Shown here piece by piece: positions 7,784-15,930 of a stretch of DNA of 33,380 bases. The DNA comes from Dehalococcoidia bacterium. GTDB lineage: Bacteria; Chloroflexota; Dehalococcoidia; Lucifugimonadales; DAOUBE01. The notes beneath the pieces were generated by a model, which searched no databases, was not told where the DNA came from, and saw only the letters and a program-made list of their open reading frames with translations. The stretch covers positions 1 through 33,380 of the forward strand of contig DAOUBE010000318.1 in the NCBI GenBank assembly GCA_034432835.1. Direction: 5' to 3'. How positions within the stretch are numbered: the first letter of the stretch is position 1; the number at the start of each line of letters is the position of its first letter. Position numbers and translations under genes: made by a program.

Positions 7784-8572
7784 ATGCGACCCAACAGGCT
7801 CAGGGAGTTGTGGAAGGCGGGCAAGCCCGCGGTGGCGGGATGGATCGGCTCTGGCAGTAGCTACATGACCGAGGTCATGGCCAACGCCGGCTACGACGCC
7901 ATCGTCATAGACATGCAGCACGGGGCGGGCATCACCGTGGACCGGGCGGTGGCTTGCCTTCAGGCCATCTCCACCACCAGCGCCGTCCCCATGGTCCGCG
8001 TCCCCTGGAACGACCCGGCCTACATCCAGTACGTGCTGGACGCCGGGGCCTATGGGGTCGTAGTGCCCCTGGTGAACAACGCGCAAGATGCCGCCAGGGC
8101 CGCCGGGGCCTGCAAGTACCCTCCTCTGGGCTACCGCAGCGCCGGGCCCAACCGCGCCCGCCTCTACGGCGGCCCCGATTACCTACAGCACGCCAATGAA
8201 GAGGTGCTCTGCTTCGTCATGATCGAGACCCAGGAGGCGGTGGACAACCTGGAGGAGATTGCCAGGGTGCCGGGCGTGGACGGCTTCTACATCGGCCCCA
8301 GCGACTTGGCCATCTCCCTAGGAGTGCCCATGGCCCCGGACAACAAGCACCCCAAGCACGTGGCCGCCTGCCAGCGGGTGCTGGAGGTGGCCAGGGCCCA
8401 CGGCCTGGTGCCGGGCATCCACTCCTCCAGCCCGGAGGAGGTGGCCCGCCGCTTTAACGAGGGCTGGCTTTTCAGCCAGGTGGGCAGCGACGTCCAGTTC
8501 GTCAGCATGGGGGCGGCCAGTGGCCTAAAGGCCCTGGCCGAGGCCCGCGCCAAATACGGCCCGAAGGTGTAA
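7784..8572 (+). CDS. HpcH/HpaI family 2-keto-3-deoxy-acid aldolase
   Basis: RLRELWKAGKPAVAGW, DAIVIDMQHG, VRVPWNDPAYIQYVLDAGAYGVVVPLV and IETQEAVDNLEEIA are typical of the family. SD aggaggaaag. Confidence 0.85.
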   Translation: MRPNRLRELWKAGKPAVAGWIGSGSSYMTEVMANAGYDAIVIDMQHGAGITVDRAVACLQAISTTSAVPMVRVPWNDPAYIQYVLDAGAYGVVVPLVNNAQDAARAAGACKYPPLGYRSAGPNRARLYGGPDYLQHANEEVLCFVMIETQEAVDNLEEIARVPGVDGFYIGPSDLAISLGVPMAPDNKHPKHVAACQRVLEVARAHGLVPGIHSSSPEEVARRFNEGWLFSQVGSDVQFVSMGAASGLKALAEARAKYGPKV

Positions 8573-8604
8573 GGCCCATCCTCATCTCTCTCAAGGAGGC
8601 CGCC

Positions 8605-9153
8605 ATGTCCCAGACCATTGCGTCCTTGCTGGCCCAGCAGTACCGCACCACCCACCAGCGCATCCTGAAGCTGGTGTCCGGCCTCACCGACCGACAACTG
8701 GCCTGGCATCCCTCCCCTACCTCGCCGCCCTTGGGCTTCCACCTGTGGCACGTCGCCCGCTACGCCGACTACCTGCAGAACGTGATCAGCGGGGGCAAGG
8801 GCCACATATGGGAGCGGGACGGCCTGGCCCGGAGGTGGGGGTGGTCGGGTGCCCTGGGCTTCGCCGGTACAGGGACGGAGATGGCCGACGACATAGCTAC
8901 CAACCTGCCTTTGCCGGCCAAGGAGGTCGTTCTGGACTACGTCGGCAGGGCCTTCGCCGCCGCCGAGGAGGCGGTGGAAAGCCTGGACGACGTCAAGCTG
9001 ATGCAGGGTCACAAAGACCCCCATCGGCCCGACGCCCAGGAGACCCTCTGGGCCGTGCGCGTCATGAACTCGCTGACTCATGAGAACCGCCACCTGGGGA
9101 TGATGGAGTGCCTCTTGGGTGTCATGGGCACCAGAGGGACGGCCACCGTCTGA
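8605..9153 (+). CDS. DinB-family (DinB_2-like) metal-dependent protein
   Basis: Four-helix DinB pattern with His residues in HLWHVARY and THENRHLGMME. SD aaggagg. Confidence 0.7.
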   Translation: MSQTIASLLAQQYRTTHQRILKLVSGLTDRQLAWHPSPTSPPLGFHLWHVARYADYLQNVISGGKGHIWERDGLARRWGWSGALGFAGTGTEMADDIATNLPLPAKEVVLDYVGRAFAAAEEAVESLDDVKLMQGHKDPHRPDAQETLWAVRVMNSLTHENRHLGMMECLLGVMGTRGTATV

Positions 9154-9178
9154 GGCCGCGGCCCGCCGCTGGCGAGGG

Positions 9179-9207
9179 TTGACGTGGTGGAGGGCCAAAG
9201 GTAAACT
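9179..9207 (+). promoter_or_regulatory. Sigma-70-like promoter for the substrate-binding protein gene
   Basis: TTGACG (9179-9184), 17-nt spacer, TAAACT (9202-9207), about 60 nt upstream of the ATG at 9267. Confidence 0.4.
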
Positions 9208-9266
9208 TTGCCCGGATTCAGGGCCTATACTCCTGGCCGGCCCGTGCCGGCCCTAGGAGGAGCGGG

Positions 9267-11140
9267 ATGATCACAGGGATTACCCGGAAGGCAACGCTGA
9301 GTCTGCTGGGGGTGGGGCTGCTGGTGGTAGCCTTGGACTGTGGCCCAGCGGCCACCCCAACACCTTCCCCTACCCCCACAGCCACCACGGCCCCTAGGGC
9401 AACTCAGCCTTCTGCCACATCTACCCCCACTCCCACCGCCACGGCCACTCCCACCCCCACCCTGCCGGTCCTGGCCCCCACGCCCACTCCGGGGACCACG
9501 GTCCAGGTGCCCCAGCCCAAGTCTCCTGTGGGCACCATCACCTTCGTGGTGCCCAGCGTGCCCTCGGGGGTGGGGCTAAACCGCGCCCAGGCGCCGGAAA
9601 GCTACATGTACCTGGGTATCACTGAGCAGCTCTTCCGGCCCCAGGGCGATGAGCTGGTGGGGCCGTGGCTGGCCACCGACTGGCAGATAGCGCCGGACTT
9701 CAGCCAGGCCACCATCACCATCCGTTCAGGGGTGCAGTTCCATAAGGGCTGGGGCGAGCTCACCGCCCACGACATCGCCTGGAGCGCCAACGATACCAAT
9801 GCCGCCATCACCCCCCCAGCATCCACGGTCAGGCGGGAGACCTGGCTGCCTTCCTGGGAGAGGCCCGCGCCACCGATGACCGGACCCTGGTCTTGCCCTT
9901 TATCGCTCCGGAGCCTCGGTGGAACACCCTGCTCTTTAACCAGGCCGGCGACTCCTTCGGGGTGTTCCCCAAGCGTGCCTTCGACGAGATGGGCGAAGAC
10001 TGGATGCGGGAGAACATCATAGGCACGGGGCCCTTCCAGGTGCTGGAGTGGGTGAAGGATGATCGGGCTGTTTTGGAGGCCCTGCCCCAGCACTGGGATG
10101 CCGTCCCGAAATTCAAGCAGCTCAGGATGCTGGCCATCCCAGAGGCCTCGGGCCGTGTGGCCATGATGGAGACCGGCGAGGCGGATATCGCCTCCACCCT
10201 TCTTCTCAAGGACGTCCAGGCCTTGGTGAACAAGGGCTTCAAGGTGGCCTCGTCGGGCCGGCAGACGGGCATCCCTGTCAACTTCGCTGGCAACTACTGG
10301 GAGGAGAAGGCGGCCAAGACGGGCCAGCCTCTTGACCATCCCACCATGGTGAATGATATTCCGTGGATAGGCAACCCCTTCAGCCCCAACGACAGCAACA
10401 ACCCCCAGGGCATGGACGATATGGAGCAGGCCCGCCTGGTCCGGTGGGCCCTGGCCATGGCCATAGACCGGGACCTGGCGGTGGAGACGGTGTACGCCAA
10501 CCTGGCCCTGCCCTACTACGTGGGCATGTTTCACCCCACGGACCCCAACTGGCAGGACAAGTGGGAGGTGCCTTACGACCCGGTCAAGGCGGAGGAGTTC
10601 CTGGACAGGGCGGGCTACCCCAGGGGTGCCGGCGGCGTGCGCTTCGAGATACCCATCTACAGCTTCACCAACAACCCCGACTGGGGTGAGGCCGCCGACG
10701 TGGTGGCGGGCTTCTGGGACAGGGTGGGTGTCAAGACCTCCATCCTCAAGGTGAACTACTCCATCGTGCGGCCCAACCTGGTCTCCCGCTCCATCACCAT
10801 CCCCGGGACCCAGAGCTGCCGGTCCGACATCTGGCTGCCCTGGGACTGGCCCAGGGGCGAGGAGGAGACCAGCCTCACCAGGGGCGGCTTCGGGTGTTAT
10901 GTGGAAAGTCCCTTCGTGCTGGATATCTTCCGGAGGGTGAGCGTGGAGCCCGACCTTCAGAAGCGCATCGAGCTGAACAACCAGCTAGCCGACTACCTGT
11001 ACCACCAGATGCTAAAGGCAGGTTTTGTCATCATACCGTCCCGGCAGGTGTACAACCCCAACTCCATAGCTGAGTGGAACATGCGCCGCTCGCCCCAGAA
11101 CGAGTACAACTCCTTCGAGCCGTTGGTGCCGGCCAGGTAG
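9267..11140 (+). pseudogene. ABC transporter substrate-binding lipoprotein (family 5, peptide/nickel type), interrupted by a -1 frameshift at a C7 run
   Basis: Signal peptide with a lipobox-like LVVALDC and a long Pro/Thr linker. The two tracked ORFs (9267-10022 and 9893-11140) join into a continuous family-5 SBP if C7 (9811-9817) is read as C8, giving ...AAITPPSIHGQAGDLAAFLGEARATDDRTLVLPFIAPEPRW.... No permease or ATPase genes are adjacent. Confidence 0.75.
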
Positions 11141-11155
11141 GTCTGAAAATTAAGC

Positions 11156-11186
11156 GGGAGGCACCGGGCCCCTTCCGGTGCCTCCC
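11156..11186 (+). terminator. Strong hairpin after the SBP gene
   Basis: 12-bp perfect stem gggaggcaccgg/ccggtgcctccc with a 7-nt loop, 16 nt after the stop. No clear U tract follows. Confidence 0.4.
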
Positions 11187-11432
11187 GTGTTCAGGGCGTT
11201 GGCCGGTTGCGCCTCCACCCCCGCTCTGCCTGCCACACCACCCGCGGGGTCTCCGGCCCGGCCTGGCGATGGCCTGTATGGTGATCGATGTTCGGTTACA
11301 GCAGGCCGGTTACTCTACACCGGTGCTGCATGATCGGGTCGTGTATTCCCCAGGGGCAGGCCTGGGCGCCTGCCCAGCGACACGGGCGGGCACTCTAGAC
11401 CTCTCATGGGGCATTCTCGCAGGACATAAGCA

Positions 11433-11648
11433 TCAGGCCGCGGTAGGAAGTTCCTGGGCCTGGCTGGAGTGCTTACCCTGGCGTAGCTCCTCCAGGGCCA
11501 GGGCGTACTGCCTGTGGCGGAACTGAAGCTCGGTGACCCGGTCCCAGCCCTTGCCGTAGCGCAGGGCATAGAGTTGGGCCTCCTTTAGCTGCCTGTCCAG
11601 CTCCTGGAAGGCCAGCCTTATCTGCTCCTTATGTACCTGCCCTCCCAT
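11433..11648 (-). CDS. Small coiled-coil hypothetical protein (71 aa)
   Basis: The internal ATG at 11648 has a ggaggtg SD 5 nt upstream. The sequence MGGQVHKEQIRLAFQELDRQLKEAQLYALRYGKGWDRVTELQFRHRQYALALEELRQ is helical and heptad-like. It is co-oriented 54 nt downstream of the regulator gene. Confidence 0.5.
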   Translation of the reverse strand: MGGQVHKEQIRLAFQELDRQLKEAQLYALRYGKGWDRVTELQFRHRQYALALEELRQGKHSSQAQELPTAA

Positions 11649-11702
11649 GGTCCACCTCCGTTCTCCAAGTCCGTACATGTACTTTCCTGGGGGCCAAAAA
11701 GC

Positions 11703-12452
11703 TTAGCCCGGCGTCTCCCGGCTCCAGTGCAGCCTCCCGATGACGATGAAGGTCCTGGTGGACTCCACCGCCGGGATGGCGTGGAGCTTGTCCATCACCA
11801 GGGAGTCCAGCTCTTCCTGGCTGGACACCTGTACCTTGGCGATGATGTCCGACTCTCCGTAAACCGTGCTGGCCTCCACTACCTCCGGGATCTCCTTGAG
11901 CTGGTCCATGACCTCGGCCACGTTCTTCCCCGGGGTCTTCATCAGGACGTAAGCCAGCATGCTGTGAGCACCTCCCTTGGCGGCGGGCCGTCGGAGGCGC
12001 TCCTCGGCCAGCCACACTATTGGTACGCTGGTGATCCCGGCCTGGGCCAGGGCTGGCACCACGCTGTGGTACAGTTCCCCGGCCTGGGCTGCCCGGGCCT
12101 TCACCAGCAGGTCTATGCTATCGGTGTAAACGGCGCTGGCTTCCTCCACCTCGGGGCAGCCCTGCACCGCTGCCATGGCCTGGGCGACCTGGCCCACCGG
12201 TACGTAGAAGCCGGCGTAGGCCACTGTTTGGAGCGCCCGTTGGGAAAGCTCGTGGGCCGCCTGTATGGAGTAGCCGCGGCTGTAATAGCGCCACAGCGCC
12301 TCCAAGCTGCGGGCATCCTCCTCGCTGTAGTCTCGGCGGGCTATGCGCGCCTTGTGTACCTTGGCGGGCTGGATATACCCCAGCGACTCCACGTAGTAAA
12401 CGAAGCGCTTCTGAAGCCCGGGGACCCGGTTTAGCACTTCCTTTAGCTCCAT
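11703..12452 (-). CDS. Transcriptional regulator: MerR-type HTH fused to two Lrp/AsnC-type ligand-binding (RAM) domains
   Basis: The N-terminus LKEVLNRVPGLQKRFVYYVESLGYIQPAK...RDYSEEDARSLEALWRYYSRGYSIQAA fits the MerR HTH/wing pattern. Two beta-alpha-beta-beta-alpha-beta-like modules follow (AYAGFYVPVGQ...CPEVEEASAVYTDSIDLLVK and AYVLMKTPGKNVAEVMDQLKEIPEVVEASTVYGESDIIAKVQVSSQEELDSLV), typical of AsnC_trans_reg domains. Confidence 0.65.
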   Translation of the reverse strand: MELKEVLNRVPGLQKRFVYYVESLGYIQPAKVHKARIARRDYSEEDARSLEALWRYYSRGYSIQAAHELSQRALQTVAYAGFYVPVGQVAQAMAAVQGCPEVEEASAVYTDSIDLLVKARAAQAGELYHSVVPALAQAGITSVPIVWLAEERLRRPAAKGGAHSMLAYVLMKTPGKNVAEVMDQLKEIPEVVEASTVYGESDIIAKVQVSSQEELDSLVMDKLHAIPAVESTRTFIVIGRLHWSRETPG

Positions 12453-12462
12453 AGGCTCGACG

Positions 12463-12482
12463 TAAGTACAAGTTTGTACTTA
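12463..12482. promoter_or_regulatory. AT-rich operator-like palindrome TAAGTACAA-gt-TTGTACTTA
   Basis: 9-bp perfect inverted arms separated by 2 nt, 11-30 nt upstream of the regulator ATG (12452). It abuts the predicted -10 element. Confidence 0.5.
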
Positions 12483-12483
12483 T

Positions 12484-12512
12484 ACTGTACCCCATCCCCC
12501 ACCCCTTGTCAA
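12484..12512 (-). promoter_or_regulatory. Sigma-70-like promoter of the MerR-RAM regulator gene
   Basis: On the minus strand: TTGACA (12512-12507), 17-nt spacer, TACAGT (12489-12484). Confidence 0.45.
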
Positions 12513-12706
12513 GCCCCAGGCCGCGCTACCGCCAGCCGATTCTCCATCCGGTTTCCCCCTTGGCCCTGGGCCCGGTTGGCCTTCTGACCTAGGGGTAATA
12601 GGCTTGTGGATAGTGTGCTGGCACCCTTCGAAGCCAGACACCGATACCTTAGGTTGTTACCAACGGACTAAGGGGCCCCTGGCAGGCCCCGGACAAGGAA
12701 CCAACA

Positions 12707-13420
12707 GTGACAAAGGCTACCCGCTGGCAAGACACCGTCCGCTCGTGGCAGCAGCTCTCCCAGGCCCCCGGCGGCCCAGTAGAACAGCTCCTCCAGCAGT
12801 ACAGGCAGGTTACCCTCTCCTGCTTGGAAGGGGTGGTGAAGCAGCTCTTCCTCTGGCTGGAGCGGCAGGGTCTCATGGAGCAACAGTACGCCCGCACCCC
12901 TTCTCGCCTCCACAGTACTCTGGTGCTCTGGTCCTCCGTGGCTTTCGTGGAAAGGCCCAGCCTGATGCTGGACCTGATGAGCAAGCGCGCCGCCGCTCGC
13001 CTCCTGGAGCTGGGCATGGACCTCAATCAGGCCATGTCCGCCTTCGGCCTCTTCGGCGACCTGCTGGCCAACGCCCTGGTGGAGAAGCTCCAGTTGGACA
13101 TCCCCGCCGAGGAGGCCCTGCGCCAGGCGGTGGAGCAGCGGGTCTCCCTCTGCCGGAGCCTGGTGAGCAGGCAGCGCTCCCCCGCCAGTGAGGGGGCCCC
13201 GGAGGCTGCCCAAGACACCTCCCAGTACACGTCCAGCAGGGCACGGCACACGGCCCGGGCCGCCCTGGAGCCGGAGCCGCTCCAGGAAGAAGAGCCGGAT
13301 GAGGACCTGCCCTTCAACAGGAACCTCCTGGCCGAGGCCCGCCTGGTAGAGGCCTTGGACAGGACCCGGCTGGCCTCCCGGCGCCTTCAGGAGCGCCTGC
13401 GCATCCTCCTGGGCCAGTAA
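12707..13420 (+). CDS. Hypothetical helical protein (237 aa) with an acidic, disordered C-terminal half
   Basis: GTG start. Strong GC3 bias in this frame, whereas the overlapping minus-strand ORF 12668-13459 is Gly/Pro/Leu-rich with shadow-like composition. I recognised no family. Confidence 0.55.
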   Translation: MTKATRWQDTVRSWQQLSQAPGGPVEQLLQQYRQVTLSCLEGVVKQLFLWLERQGLMEQQYARTPSRLHSTLVLWSSVAFVERPSLMLDLMSKRAAARLLELGMDLNQAMSAFGLFGDLLANALVEKLQLDIPAEEALRQAVEQRVSLCRSLVSRQRSPASEGAPEAAQDTSQYTSSRARHTARAALEPEPLQEEEPDEDLPFNRNLLAEARLVEALDRTRLASRRLQERLRILLGQ

Positions 13421-13482
13421 CATCCAGAGCCCGCCGTCCCCAGACCCTTGGCTTCCCACAGGGTAACAGAAAGGTACACATG

Positions 13483-13525
13483 GCTGTCATCCTGAGTCCT
13501 CCGTGGGAGGGCGAAGAATCTGTGG
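13483..13525. repeat. gctgtcatcctgag...gggcgaag hairpin repeat, copy 1
   Basis: About 43 nt similar to 32120-32163. The 7-bp stem and 3-nt loop are preserved with a compensatory C-G to T-A change. Confidence 0.6.
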
Positions 13526-13879
13526 AAGGGTGCCGAGGGGGCTAATACCTGGCCTGGGTACTATGTGGCCCCAAGGGACATTCAGATGGCCATCAGTGGG
13601 GACAAGGGCCCCTGAGGATGGCGGAACAGACTCCCTGCCGCAGACCTCGGGGCAAGGGTGACCGAGAAGGTCTCGCACAAGGGGACAAAGAGGTCGCCTG
13701 CGCTCTGCCAGCGGCCTCTTTTCGTGCCCCGGAAGCCGCCCCGGTACCGACTAGTCGCTCCCCCACACCGCCTAGCTACCCTGCCCTGTCAAGTTTAGTC
13801 CTTCCTGGCGTTGATGCCCTCCCCGTGCCTTAACTTAGACTTCAATTGAGCGGCAGTTTGTCGGAATGAGGCGGGGTGG

Positions 13880-14683
13880 ATGATGGACAGGACGCTGGGC
13901 CGCCCGACCCTGGCAGCAAGCCCTGCAAAGATACGTATTCGGGACCTGTATTTGGACCGGCTGGACCTGCCAGGGGCCATGGAGCGCATAGAGGGATTTC
14001 TTCAGGAGGACTGGGCACACCAAGTAGTTACCGTCAACATTCGGTTTGTCACCATAGCCTCCCAGGACCCGGCCTTTGCCCGGGTGGTCAACCGCGCCCA
14101 CCTAGTCGTGGCCGACGGCATGCCCCTTATCTGGCTGTCCCGGCTCATAGGGGCGCCCATTCCCCAGCGCATTACTGGCTCTGACCTGCTTTTCCACTGC
14201 GCCTCCCTGGCTGCCCAGGGTGGCCATTCCATCTTCCTCCTGGGGGCTGCCCCCGGGGTGGCCCAGGAGGCCGCTCGGCGCCTGGCCGACATCTACCCTG
14301 GGCTGAGGGTCGCCGGGGTCCACCACGGCTACTTCTCCCATGAGGAGGAGCCGGAGGTGCTGCGCTACATAAGGCAGCGCCGGCCCCAGTTCCTCTTCGT
14401 CGCCCTGGGGTGCCCCAGGCAGGAGTTCTGGATCCACCGCCACCTGGACGAGCTGGAGGTGCCCGTCTGCGTCGGCATTGGGGGGACTCTGGACGTCATC
14501 AGCGGCCGTCTCAAGCGGGCCCCCGTGTGGATGCAGCGCTGCGGCCTGGAGTGGTCGTACCGGCTGGCCCAGGAGCCCCGGCGTCTCTGGAAGCGCTACA
14601 TAGTGGAAGACGTGCCCACCACCTTCAGGATCGCCGCCTCGGCCCTGCGACAGCGCCTCCTGGTACGGATGGACCACAGGTGA
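13880..14683 (+). CDS. WecG/TagA/CpsF family glycosyltransferase (GT26, ManNAc/ManNAcA-type transferase)
   Basis: VVTVNIRFV, VVADGMPLIWLSR, ITGSDL, FLLGAAPGVA, FVALGCPRQEFW, GIGGTLDVISGRLKRAP and EWSYRLAQEPRRLWKRY. Confidence 0.88.
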   Translation: MMDRTLGRPTLAASPAKIRIRDLYLDRLDLPGAMERIEGFLQEDWAHQVVTVNIRFVTIASQDPAFARVVNRAHLVVADGMPLIWLSRLIGAPIPQRITGSDLLFHCASLAAQGGHSIFLLGAAPGVAQEAARRLADIYPGLRVAGVHHGYFSHEEEPEVLRYIRQRRPQFLFVALGCPRQEFWIHRHLDELEVPVCVGIGGTLDVISGRLKRAPVWMQRCGLEWSYRLAQEPRRLWKRYIVEDVPTTFRIAASALRQRLLVRMDHR

Positions 14684-15861
14684 TGGCTGTCCTGGTCGGG
14701 GTACTGGTGGCCCTGGAGGCCGTCTTTCTGCTCTTCGGCCTGTACCTTCTCCTCCTCACGGTAGCCGGCCTGGTGCGCAGGGCTAGGGTCCATCCGCCGG
14801 GGCGTCCCTCCACCCGCTTTGCCATCCTTGTCCCCGCTCACAACGAAGAGTTGCTCCTTCCCCGGCTGTTGGAGAGCCTGGCCAGGGTGGACTACCCCCG
14901 AGAGCTTTACGGCGTGTACGTGGTGGCTGACAACTGTACCGACGCCACGGCCCAGGTGGCCCGACAGGCTGGCGCCACCGTCTTCCAGCGCAGGGACTCC
15001 CAGCGCCGAGGCAAGGGCTACGCCCTGGAATGGCTCCTGGAGCGGGTGCGAGCCCTGGGCCCGCAGCACGACGCTTACCTGTTCCTTGACGCCGATTCGG
15101 TGGTCTCGCCCGGCTTCCTGGCCGCCATGGACCGCAGTCTCCGGGCTGGCAGCCAGGTGGTGCAGGGTTACTATGCCGTGTCCAACCCCACCCAGAGCCC
15201 CGTCTCGGCTCTGCGCGCCGTGGCGCTGGTACTCATGCACTACGTCCGGCCTCTGGGAAGGCAAACCCTGGGCCTCTCCTGCGGCCTCTTTGGCACAGGC
15301 ATGGCCTTCCGGCGCCAGGTCCTGGAGGGGTCTGGCTGGGATGCCTTCAGCCTGGCCGAGGACGTGGAATACTTCCTGAAGCTCACCGCTCGCGGGGTGA
15401 GGGTCCACTTCGCGCCGGAGGCCGTACTGTGGGCGCCCATGCCGGCCTCCCTCAAGGATGCCACCAGCCAGAACCTGCGCTGGGAGAAGGGCCGGCTCCA
15501 GATGGCCTGGCGTTACGGCCTACCCTTCCTGGCCCAGGGGCTTCTCCGGCGAGACTGGGCTAGGCTAGACGCAGGGCTGGAGCAGATCATACCTCCCCTG
15601 TCAGTCACCTTTGTCGTGGCCTTGCTACTACTAGTGGTAAGCCTGTTAGTGGGGAACACCTGGGCGGTGGGCCTGGCGGTAGCCCTCAACCTCTCCCTGG
15701 CGGGCCACCTACTTCTGGGGCTGCTCTCCGCCAGGGTCTCCGGGGGCCTCTACCGTGCCCTCCTCTATGCCCCCTGGTTCATCATGTGGAAGCTCTGGGT
15801 GTACTTTCAGGCGCTGCTGCCGGGGGAGAGGTCGTGGACGCGCACTCAGCGTTCCCAGTAG
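14683..15861 (+). CDS. Membrane-embedded GT2 glycosyltransferase with synthase-type D,D,D,QxxRW motifs
   Basis: The ATG overlaps the upstream TGA by 1 nt. One N-terminal TM and 3-4 C-terminal TMs. Motifs: ILVPAHNEE, VVADNCTD, FLDADS, LAEDVEY (ED at 15358-15363) and QNLRW (15469-15483). Confidence 0.85.
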   Translation: MAVLVGVLVALEAVFLLFGLYLLLLTVAGLVRRARVHPPGRPSTRFAILVPAHNEELLLPRLLESLARVDYPRELYGVYVVADNCTDATAQVARQAGATVFQRRDSQRRGKGYALEWLLERVRALGPQHDAYLFLDADSVVSPGFLAAMDRSLRAGSQVVQGYYAVSNPTQSPVSALRAVALVLMHYVRPLGRQTLGLSCGLFGTGMAFRRQVLEGSGWDAFSLAEDVEYFLKLTARGVRVHFAPEAVLWAPMPASLKDATSQNLRWEKGRLQMAWRYGLPFLAQGLLRRDWARLDAGLEQIIPPLSVTFVVALLLLVVSLLVGNTWAVGLAVALNLSLAGHLLLGLLSARVSGGLYRALLYAPWFIMWKLWVYFQALLPGERSWTRTQRSQ

Positions 15862-15908
15862 CTGGGGAGGGTATGGATGGCGTCGCCTGGCACAAGGCTA
15901 AGAAGGCC

Positions 15909-15930
15909 CAGAGGCCACGGCGGGCCTCTG
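15909..15930 (+). terminator. Hairpin after the GT2 gene
   Basis: 8-bp stem cagaggcc/ggcctctg with a 6-nt loop, about 48 nt after the stop. No U tract follows. Confidence 0.3.

Noticed and set aside
8287-9198. 303-aa minus-strand ORF; the same reasoning applies to 9602-10534, 23679-24665 and 26395-27327
   Set aside because: Each is antisense to motif-supported plus-strand genes and has shadow-ORF composition.
12668-13459. 263-aa minus-strand ORF competing with 12707-13420
   Set aside because: It is Gly/Pro/Leu/Gln-rich. The plus-strand frame has the GC3 bias and a normal amino-acid mix.
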